Source: Raja brachyura
Lineage: Eukaryota
Length of the DNA stretch: 64,000 nt
Assembly (NCBI GenBank): GCA_963514005.1
Contig: OY740806.1
Location: 19,778,001 to 19,842,000 of the forward strand
Reading direction: 5' to 3'
Under the pieces are notes generated by a model. It had not been told where the DNA came from. It was given only the letters and a program-made list of their open reading frames with translations, and ran no database searches. This document shows positions 12,563 through 22,734 of the stretch, piece after piece (the stretch's first letter is position 1; every line of letters begins with the position of its first letter). The position numbers were made by a program, and so were the translations under genes.

Positions 12563-12910
12563 CATAAACCTGTATTCGTGTTCCTTGGCCCTTTTTATGA
12601 ATTGGAGGGAAGACATTTGGTACTTTCACCACACAAGTGTAGTTGTAAACAGAGACACCAAATGATACATTTTCAATCTTCAGTGATACCGTACAGTGTT
12701 TGAAACCATCCCAGAGAGGGTGAGGAATGCAGAGCGATTTGTTCATGTTGTAAGTAACATCAGGCTGTCCAGGTGATGTCCGATACCATGTAACGCTGAG
12801 CCAGGCATTCGCACTTCCATTATAAGTAAATGTACAGTTTAACGTGACGGACTCGCCCCTCCCCACACTGACCAGACGTGGCTGGGTCAACTCTGTGATC
12901 AACGGAACTC
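12563..12910 (-). CDS. VJ-type IgV exon (gene A, V2)
   Basis: Open 348-nt phase 1-1 exon with canonical AG/GT; 9 aa differences from V1. Confidence 0.9.
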
Positions 12911-13424
12911 CTGATGAAACATAAATAAATTTGTTATTTTTACTTCCATTAATAGTCCCGCAGAAGCTCACTTTATACAACACCAGTGTGCAGAGATCAT
13001 TGATCAGCGCAAACTTGGTGGGTCAAAGGGCCTGTTTCCAAACTGTATCTCTAAATTAAACGAAACTAAACTAAACGAACCTAAAAGCAATGCTGAACTT
13101 GAGACGAAAACAGAATGCTGGAAGAAAGCTGGACCCTCAGTGGGTCAAGCAGCATCTCGGGAGGCTGAAGGTATAATATGTTTTGGGTGAGTCCCTGAAA
13201 CAGGACGTAGGGGGGATTAGAAAATATGACCAGTATGTAGCAGGATGTGGGAGAATGGGATGGGGATTAGTTGGCAAAAGGTAGAACCAGATGGGGAGCA
13301 GGGAATGTGCAAATGGATCAATGGGTGGGGCGGAGGAGGAGATGAAAGCAGATGGGGAAGAGGACCGAAATAAGTATTGAACTATAAGGCAATCTGAATG
13401 TTTGAGAGAGTTGTATTTTAATAA

Positions 13425-15020
13425 CTAGACTAAGCAGACCTGTTGGGTCCCTGTTACACGGGAGGCCTGGTCTCCCAACGCAACCTGTTCCCCAATGCAA
13501 TATTCCACCACTCACCCATTCCCCCAATGCAGCCCGTCCCCCCAATGCAATATTGCACCACTCAAGCACAGCCCCCAACTGCTTAGGCACGGCTCATTCC
13601 CCTCATCTCCAGGCAGTTCCTCCCCCTCCTCTTCGCACCCCCTCTTCTTTCCACTCTCCTCCTCCCCTCTCCTATCCCTGCCTCACCTCTCCTTCCCTCT
13701 CCTTTCCCCTACCCTCAGTCATTCCCTCCGTCCATAACTCCGTCTCCATTCCTCCCTACCCCTCTGTCCCCTACTCCTCACATCCCCTATCCCCCCCACC
13801 TGACCTACCCCACTGCCCTCCTCTCCCTCTATTCCCCACTCCCTATCTTCTCCACATCTCTCCATCTATTCCCCCTCCTCCCCCACTCTCCTCACTTTCC
13901 CCCTCTCCCTCCCTACCCCTTCCTCTCCCACAATCCACCCACTCTCCCCCCTCACCTCCGCAGGATCTTTCCCCTCTCCTCCTCCCCCCCCCTTCCTCCA
14001 ATCTCTCCCTTGCCTCTCCCTCCCTCTTCCCCCCCCCCCCCACCCTCAGTCACTCCCTGCCTCCATCCATAAAAAGCAGAATCTGCAGTTCCTTCCTCCA
14101 CAGGTCATTCATTGTCAGCTGTGGTTTAGATCCCGTTGACTTGACGATTGGACCAGTTTGCATCGTTTGTGTGTGTTACTCAAACTCCCCGCGAACTGCT
14201 CGGCCATCCTGCAACCCGACTATCCAACCCTCCCTCTGCCCACTCCGGCTCAGCCACCGTTCGGCACATTCCCATTCTGTCTGACCACCCTCTGCTGCCG
14301 CTCGGCCCGTCCCGTCCCCACCCTGCCCACCCACTATTGTTTTTCTCACCATTATGTAATTACTGATTCTGTTCTATTCTGTTTTGTAGTTTTTGCACAT
14401 TCTGCAAGCTTTGCCATTTTTAATTTCACTGCACACCTTGTATGTGTATGTGACAAATACACTTGACTTGACTTGACTGCCTGCTCGATGCCGTCGCTGG
14501 GCCGCTGGGCGGGGAGGGAATGGAGCTGGTGTTCGTCATAGTAGGCACCACGAGTTTTTGATCAGCTGGTGGAGAAGATCTCCTCCGAGAAGGACGTGAG
14601 GTTGAGTTACCGGAGGTGTGGACCCGGGGGGGGGATGGGTATATGGGACCGCCATTGCCACAGAGGGTGGGCGGGGGAGAGGTGTGAGTGATGAGGGAGA
14701 CAAGACCAGGGCTTCCACTGGGCCTCCACTGCCACTGCCGGTGGTGGGGAGACGACAGACATGGTACTGTGTGGAGGGGAGAGAGGAGTTTGTGAGTGAG
14801 GCGGGACAGGCGCTGTTTTTAAGATTTTTAAACCCTGATAACTTTTACAATATACTACCGATTGGAACGAAACTTGGTGCAATCGCAGCAAAGGAGAACA
14901 GTGAGTAACTGGGCGAAAAAACATAGCATTATCGTGTGCTGTTTTTGTGCAAATATAAAACCTGGGCAAACCGGAAGAACACAAGATCAGAGTTTTAGTT
15001 ATGTATAGATAGAAGATAGA
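13425..15020 (-). mobile_element. Non-autonomous Helitron
   Basis: Minus strand reads A|TCTATCTTCTATCTATAC...GGGACCCAACAGGTC hairpin...CTAG|T; no TSD; empty AT site in the paralog at 49111/49112. Confidence 0.85.
13600..14060 (+). repeat. C/T-rich low-complexity tract inside the Helitron
   Basis: Polypyrimidine runs; the source of the spurious Pro/Ser-rich ORFs. Confidence 0.9.
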
Positions 15021-15737
15021 TTGTAAAACAAACAAATACTTGACACAAATGAAGTAGACACTAACAATGAAAGAAACACAAAATCAAATTCAGTGATGAT
15101 GTTCATTCCTACTCATTTCTTTACATTAAAACTGCAGATGCTGGAAATCTGAATTGAAACGGAAAATATTACAGACTATCAGTTGATCAGGCAGAATTTG
15201 TGAAAAAAAGAAACATTCACTGTTTCTCTTACCATAGATGTAAGCTGTTCTGCTGAGTGTTTCTCCCTTTCTCTGCCATTAGTTTATGATTTTACCTTGA
15301 CTGCATAACTCCATATCCACGAGCAGCAGCTCTACTCAACAACCAAACGTCTGTAGCCTCCTTTTGCTCTGGTATTTTATTTCATTCTTCACATGTTTAA
15401 ATTATAATGGTTGTTTTTAATTGTCTACTGTATATCATGTTGTCACTTGCGAGCAAAGCACCAAGGCAAATTCCTTGTATGTATACATACTTGGCTAATG
15501 AAATTTATTTAATTCAATGACCGGCTACATTTGACAAAAATATCACAATCAACAGTGCTGAATTACTTCTCGTCGTTCCTGTTTGAAACACATTACATGT
15601 AATTAGCCTGGTTTCCAATGGGGTATGTTTCTTATTAGTGTATATCGCTGTTTCTGAATGTGGTATAATATGCAAATAAAATTAATACGCACATACTATA
15701 GAAACTGAATTTTTACAGAATTATATAATTACTTTAG

Positions 15738-16000
15738 CATAAATCTGTATTTGTGTTGCATCACCCTTTTTATATGATGGAGTGAACACACCTGGTATCT
15801 TCACCTCGAGTGTAGTTATAAACAGAGTGACAAACAGAACATTTTCTTCAGTGATACTACAGGATTTGAGGGGGTGAGGAATGCAGAGTGATTTGTTAAT
15901 TTGGTAAGTAGCATCAGGACACTCCCTGTGATGTCCGATATCAGGAAACACTGAGCCAGGCATCCACACTTCCATTATAATAAATGCACAACTTATCACA
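15738..16000 (-). pseudogene. Decayed VJ exon (gene A)
   Basis: PDATYQINKSLCIPHPL...VKIPGVFTPSYKKGDATQIQIY is homologous to the V exons; indels, donor GT changed to CT, 5' part missing. Confidence 0.85.
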
Positions 16001-18524
16001 AACTAATTGGGTAAAATACAGAGCTCAATGCTCAGCCCAAATGTATTTGTTTGAAACAAGGAACTGCACATCCTGCCAGAGATAGGTGGTACAATGGGCA
16101 AAGGGGTTGATGATGGGGAGATCAAACCAGGTATGGGAGAAGGATCTGAATTGAAGATTGGCTTTCCATTGTATCAATTATTTCTCTTAAATAATATATT
16201 TGCCTTTTTCAGATTTAATGTTATGTTGGTTTGTGATGCAATGCTTTGCCTGAATTTGTTTCATTTGCGGACACCATCAGATGTATCTGAATGTTGCTAT
16301 TATGATCCTTGGCTGATAATGACTTCAAGTTCTGAGGTGACTGCTAAGATCATAAGTTCATAAGTGAAAGCAGATTAAGGCCATTCAGCCCATCACTGCC
16401 ATTCAACCATGGCTGATCTATCTCTCTCCCTCAACCCCTTTCTCCTGCCTTCTCCCTATAACGCCTGACACACATTTTAATCAAGAATCTGCCAATATCC
16501 TTAAAAATATCCACTTCTAACTTTTATTGTAGCTATTAATAAATGCCATAATATTGTTTGAAAAAATGTACATTACAACTTAAAATATCTAATCATTGTA
16601 CTATCTTGCAGCAGGAGTTGAATCCTTCTCTGGTTCTCAATGTATCTGGTGCAAATTAAACTCTCAGCCTGTCCCCTGCTCCAAGAGAACTTTGTATGAC
16701 TTTGCACAATAAATCACCCATTCCTTCTCTCCAGAGATGCTGCCTGTCCCGTTGAGTTACTCCAGCATTTTGTGTCTATCTTTCGTTTAAACTAGCATCT
16801 ATAGTTTCTTCCTACAACGGACTTTGCATGATTATGGATGATTTGTTTAGATTACTACGATCCACTTTAATTATCAGTTCAATCACTAATAATTAATGGC
16901 ACTTTTTTTTTTAAATTGCATTTAATGTGCCTGTTGAGCACAGCAAGTAGAAAAGTCATTGTTCCATTCATAAACTGTTCATACGACAAATAAAAGCCTC
17001 TGAGTCTGGAATTTGCATGTTCTCCCTATGAACTTATGGGTTCCATCTGGGCACGTCAGTCTCCTCCCATGCCTTAAAAAAATGTGAAGGTTGGTAGAAA
17101 GAAATCAAAAAAATGTAAGTTCTTGAAAATCTGAAATAAAAAGTGCTTGAGAAACTCAGTAGGTCAGGCAGCATTAGTGAAAATACAGGCAATGTTTCAT
17201 TAGAAACTGTTTGCAGTTTTATTAAAAGAGTAGCAGACCCAAAACATTGACCGTTTCACTTTCCACGGATACAACCTGACTCACTGGGCTTCTTTTTGTT
17301 TTTATATTAGTGCGGATTACTTGGTTAAATAGTCACAGGATATAGATTAGTGATAGATGATTCCACCACTAATCCACACCTTGCCCCCAGAGTGTAGATG
17401 AATGGTAGAATATAGAATGGGGACTGGGTAGTTGATGTGGCAAATAAAGTGGTTTACAGGAGGATCATTTTAGGAATAGGATCCTTATTATTGGGGTGGA
17501 CACTTTGAAATGAAGGGTCTGTTTCCATGTTGTTTCACTCAACAGTAAAACAAGTAAAATTCACATTGCATCATCACCTCTGATTCAGATCAATTTTCTG
17601 AAATCTCCGTCTTCAGGAAAAGCCATTTTCTTCTTCCTTGTGGAAGACGGCACACAGCTCTGTGGAGAACTGAACAATCAGAAATGAACCTGTAGCCATT
17701 TGTATTGGGTAGAAGGCAAACTAAATAGACCTTAGGAGTGTCGGAAAGAACTGCAGACGCTGGTTTAAATCGAAGGTAAACACAAAATGCTGGAGTAACT
17801 CAGCGAGACAGATCTCTGGAGAGAAAGAATGTGTGACTGTTTCGGGTCGAGTCCCTTCTTCAGATACCATTTAGACATTTCCTGTGCTGGTTTTTGAGGC
17901 AGTCAGTTATTGGTGAATGTTTTTCACATGTTCTCAATATCACACTGAAATTTGTTTAAAATTATTAATGTTTTGTTTAAAAATTAATTCCATAGAAATG
18001 CATCATAATAGCTCACTAATTTAGTTATTAATATACTAATTAATTATTTGCCATTTAATCTGTAAACTCACCTCACAATTTTTGAACACCTCATGTTTTA
18101 GCTTTCTCTGCTCAAAGCAGAATAATCTTAATGTTTTTAATTACATTCAAATCTTCAATTAATTCTGAGGTTCAACCAAGTAAATAAAATCCCATTTCCA
18201 AACTTTTCATTAAAATTCAGACATTTTGCATTGTAAATTCCCTCAGTCATGCAGCCACAGCCAATGAACTTACAAAATGGCAACTTTCCTTCTCCGGCTG
18301 TTCTGACATGATGCCTCAGCAAAGATAGAGGCAAGCTGCTCAGGTCCCTGCTACGGAGATCTAAGCTGCTTCTAGCAATTAGCTTCTGTAAGTCTCCCCA
18401 CAGACTGATCAAATAATCACACCACTAACACATTGGCTTTTGTTAAATGTTTGTGATCATTTCAATCTATGAGCTGATTCCATAATACACAAGATGAAAG
18501 AAGGATATTAACCAAGACACTGAC

Positions 18525-18588
18525 CTGTTGAGTATCTCTGCTCCAGTAGGAACACCATCAGTTGCAATAAAATGTTTCCTGCCAACAT
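18525..18588 (-). CDS. Signal-peptide (leader) exon of gene A
   Basis: 64-nt exon from ATG to ACAG|gtcagt encoding MLAGNILLQLMVFLLEQRYST(G); phase 1 joins the V exons in frame; identical coding copy at 59173-59236. Confidence 0.8.
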
Positions 18589-18728
18589 TCCCTTAGTTTG
18601 GTACATTTCTTTCAAACTTCACAATATCCAACTGTCACAGAATTCTCTTGTGCATTATATTCTCTCGTGCATCGCGGTCACAGTGTTTGAAGAGGCACAT
18701 CTGACCACGTACAATTAGAGAGGATGTA

Positions 18729-18903
18729 CAGTGCATTCGGAAAGTATTCAGACCCCGTCACTTTTTCGACATCTTGTTACGTTACAGCCTTATTCAAAAA
18801 TTGATTAAATTCTTTTTTTTTAAATCATCAATCTACACACAATACCCCATAATAAAATACTGAATACTGAAAATAAAAGTGTGAATACTTTCTGAATGCA
18901 CTG
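18729..18903. mobile_element. 175-bp internally deleted Tc1 derivative
   Basis: CAGTGCATTCGGAAAGTATTCA...TGAATACTTTCTGAATGCACTG TIRs after TA; same site as the full-size Tc1 at 59384. Confidence 0.85.
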
Positions 18904-21063
18904 GAAATGCTGGTATTTAAGCATGTTCCTTGGTGTGCTGGCAATGCTTAAAAGAGATTTAAGACAGAAAAGATGTGAAAAATGGCAATTGTTTTGTTAA
19001 TTAAATTAGTGAGTTTTTATCATGTATTACTATTATATGAATTTTTAAACAAAATAAACATATTTTCAACATTTTCCGTTAACAAAAACGTACATGTAAT
19101 GTCTAGCAAGAATAGCCCAAGGTCCATTTAAGTTTACCTTCCCCCCCCAATACAATGGCTACATGTTGATTTCTGAATTCTTCAGTTCTCCATGGAGCTT
19201 TGCACTGCCTTCCACAACGTCAGAACCAAGATAATTATGACTGCATGCGAGATGGAGGAATGTATTCCTTCAATAGCTTAATAATGCTAAATAATTGCAA
19301 CAGACTGAAAAGGAAAGACATTACGTTACACCAGCATTGTCTCAACCGGCAATGTCAACCATTCTTTTGCTTCCACAGATGCTGCCTGGCCAATTAAATT
19401 CCTCCAGCAGTTTGTTTATTGGTCCAGATGCCAGCATCCGCAGTCTCTCGTGTCTCCATTTGACATCACATGAGGATGGATGTGAGCATCAGTGGTGGGT
19501 GGGCAAATGGCTGCACAAAAATCTGAGGCCAATTATTTTTTATTGTGTGTAATGTGCCTGTAATGCAGACGCAAGTGAGATTTTCATTGGTCCAGTCCAT
19601 AAGTGGTTGAGATGATAAATAAACGCTCTTGACTTTAACTGTGGATCAGTTTCCATCACCCATTATGAGATATTGTCCCTTACGAATACGGTGTGGTGAT
19701 GGAATCGGCTTTAGAAGGTCCAGTGAGGCTGTAAGGATTCTTTAACTCATTGAATCCGTTCTTGGTCTAGATCAGTTGTGATTATGCCAATGATATATAA
19801 AGTTATGGGATTATCACAACATGGTGGGCAGGTAACACACCCAGCATCTGATTTATTTTCCAGACTGCCACAGAGCGAGTTTGTGATTTATTCTGCTCAT
19901 TGTCATATCAGGAACCTGAGATTAATTTTATTTACCATTTACATTGCAGCAATGTCTTTGGACAGAGTGTGCTTTCATTAATAAAGATGGTCAACTGTAA
20001 AATAAATTGACCAAAACAGCATTTTTGACTATATCTTATACAGATGGCAATAGTAATTTAACTAAATTCTAAAAAGCTTTTAGAAATATGAACTTGAAGC
20101 AGTATTTTGTTGATACTCGGTATGTCGTTAACTTTGTTTGATAACAGAGAGCACACACTAAGTTATTGACGTTTATAGTTCTACTAACATTATAGATGCA
20201 TAATTCCCCTGAACTTACTTCAAAATGAAGACCCTCTGAATTAAAATCTACATACACTGCGGCATTAACATCGTGGTTATATGTATCTTGTTGCTTTTTT
20301 TGTGTGACTGTTGGCAAATCAAATTCCTTGTATGCTTACTTACTTGGCTAATAAATTAATAACAATTGCAATTATTTATTTACAGAAAGAGTGCTTAACC
20401 ACCAGGAAAGTAGGTCAACATTATGCCATCGAGCGTCTAAAACTTGTATCATGCAAGTGACCAGGATACAGACAGGAAATAAGAAGAGTTGAAGTGCCAT
20501 TTGCTAAAGGTCAATGAGTAAGAGCTACTTTCCGATATAAGTGCAAACAGCACCTTCTATTGTATATTTAATCTGCTACTTGCTTGTCCAAGTCCTGTGT
20601 TTATATATCCTCCATAGTAAGACTGTAAAAAGTATAATGTTATTTCAGGACTCTCCGATGTGCTGCACACCTTTGAAGTGGAGTCGTATTGTGATGCTGA
20701 AATTGTGGAAATCCAATTTGCATGGAGTGAGTAACAGGAAACATGTTGTTAAATGGTGAGTGCGCGGCAGGACTATGGAGTGACTTCTACTGCTCCCTTT
20801 CGAAACATTGTTCTGATGTAATTTACCTGAGAGGGCAGATTCCACAGAGTTGTGAATCTGGGGAATTTCATTTCGGAGTCACGTGAGTGACTTCGTGAAG
20901 AGCCCGCCGGCGCGCATGCTCGACATATCGTCGCATCGCGTTGCTGCGACGGCTGGCGGTGGAGCGCGCTCCTCGCCAGCCCTCCCTAAGGGAACCACTG
21001 AGGTAAGTATCCTACCTTAAGTTGGTGGTCCTTGTTGTGTTGCTTTGTTTTCGCAGCAAGGAC

Positions 21064-22734
21064 ATGGATGGGAGCTCCAAGGGCCGGAGAATGTCTGGAA
21101 GAGCTCGCCGGTCAGCAGTCCCGGAGCCATTGATATCGGCGGTGCCTGCAGCGCAGGCCGGGACTCGGGCGGGAATGTCGGTAAGCCCTGTGTTTAGAGG
21201 TCCGGATCCGCCAGCACACCACAGTTCGGAGGAGTTCGACGAGGAGGAGTGTGGTGTGCCGCCAGAGCAGGAGGACCCTGCCATGGCAGTCAGGTCGTCA
21301 GCAGGCTTGCTGGCGACCTCGAGCAGAAGGGTGCGTACAGCTGCACGGCCCTTTTCACCCAGCCCTCCGAGCAGGGGAAGGGCAGGAGCCCGGAAGTCTA
21401 ACCCTGTAGGGGCTAAGGCTTTGCCTGCCGCCGAGGAGCGGTCAGGTTCCAGGGCGGGACCCGGGGCGGCTGTGAGGTCCAGTCGACGCCCCCCAACTCT
21501 CGACGCTGGGACGGGTCGGTTGGGTCGGGTCTCGTCACGGTCGCCGAGCCCCCCATGGATGGGTGGGCGAGACCATGCGTCGGCGAGGTCCACGATGTGG
21601 GCAGCCGGCAAGCCCGCGCGGGCATCAGGTATCCAGGCTGCGGCTGGTGCCGACACTACGCCGCAAGTGCCCTTAGTGGCAGCGGCTTCAGCTCCCGCTA
21701 AACGGAGGCGGTTGAACACGCCCGCGCGGGAATCGCGCAGTTTCGCTTCGGCGGCTGTTAGCGACGACTACCGGCACCGGGTGGGCCTCGATGAGGTGCG
21801 GGCCGATGATAGGGGCCCCGGCCAATTTTCAGAGCCGGAGGACTCCGACCACCTGAGTGTTCAGGGTGAAGGGCGTGTTGACCGTATGGAGTGGCTGCTG
21901 GAGCTCCTGCTTCACGGTCAACAGCAGCAAGCGTCCAGCAGCGACAGGCACAGGGCTGTTTCACCAACTTCCACCATCAGCCTGGAGCAGCAGGATGAGG
22001 AGGTTTTGGTCGATCCCATCCCACCTCCGTCCGATTTACCAGCGGAGGGCCTTCTCGATGTGGCCACTAAGTTCGCGGCCCCACACTCGTCTGGGCTTCC
22101 CCTGAACTAGAAATTGGCAGCCACGGTGGACTTCCTCAACAACCATCAGCTCCAGGAAGAAGTTCTCATTCAGGCCATGAGCCGTCACAAGGCTCCATCC
22201 AACTGCAACTCCCTCAACGTGCCTGTGGTCAATACGCCGATATGGGGCAACATCAGTGCGGCTATCCGTCAACAGGAGCTGAAAATTCAGCGGATCCTGA
22301 AGCTCCTCACGGCCGGTATTACCGCCTTTGTGCGGTTGGTTGATGGGGATGAATTAAATTTGGACCAGGAGGATGCTCTGGCTCTATTGTGTGCAACTCA
22401 ACATGAGATCAATGGATTCCGCACAAGCAGCATCCGCCCGGCGCTCAACCCTAAGTTTGCAGGGTTGTGCAAACCACCGCCGCCGCCCCGTCAGCTCTTT
22501 GGCGAAGATCTCTCTAAGAGGGTCAAAGAGCTTGACGAACAAGCCAAAACGGTGGGACTCATGCGCTCTCACAGTGCCCCCACGCCGTCGGGCTCGAAAG
22601 CTCCGCTTGTTCGGCCACGAGGGTCTGCCAGCACCTCTACAAGGACCTACCCTCCAGCTCCACCCCGTTACCAACAGCCCCAGCACCAGGGGGCTTTTTT
22701 AGGCAAGGTCGGCAGAAACCCTGGTGGAAGATGA
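21064..22734 (+). pseudogene. DIRS ORF1 (gag-like) with an internal stop at 22108-22110
   Basis: Two in-frame ORF pieces; LNPKFAGLC...LFGEDLSKRVKEL. Confidence 0.8.

Larger units (their letters stand above)
13370..20730 (+). repeat. Segmental duplication, copy A (paralogous to ~49050-63890)
   Basis: Long colinear high-identity blocks, e.g. 15021-16070/49112-50170, 16080-19600/51105-62110 and 19800-20730/62115-63890. Confidence 0.92.

Noticed and set aside
13553-14284. 243-aa Pro/Ser-rich ORF
   Set aside because: Translation of a C/T-rich low-complexity tract within the Helitron
18155-18412. 85-aa ORF open in both duplicates (58803-59060)
   Set aside because: Non-ATG start and no recognisable domain; conservation is explained by the recent duplication
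18679-18720. Perfect RSS heptamer CACAGTG upstream of the leader (also at ~59334)
   Set aside because: No nonamer at 12- or 23-bp spacing and not adjacent to a V or J segment
21012-21719. Long antisense ORFs over DIRS gag and other GC-rich repeats
   Set aside because: Expected shadow ORFs of GC-rich sequence
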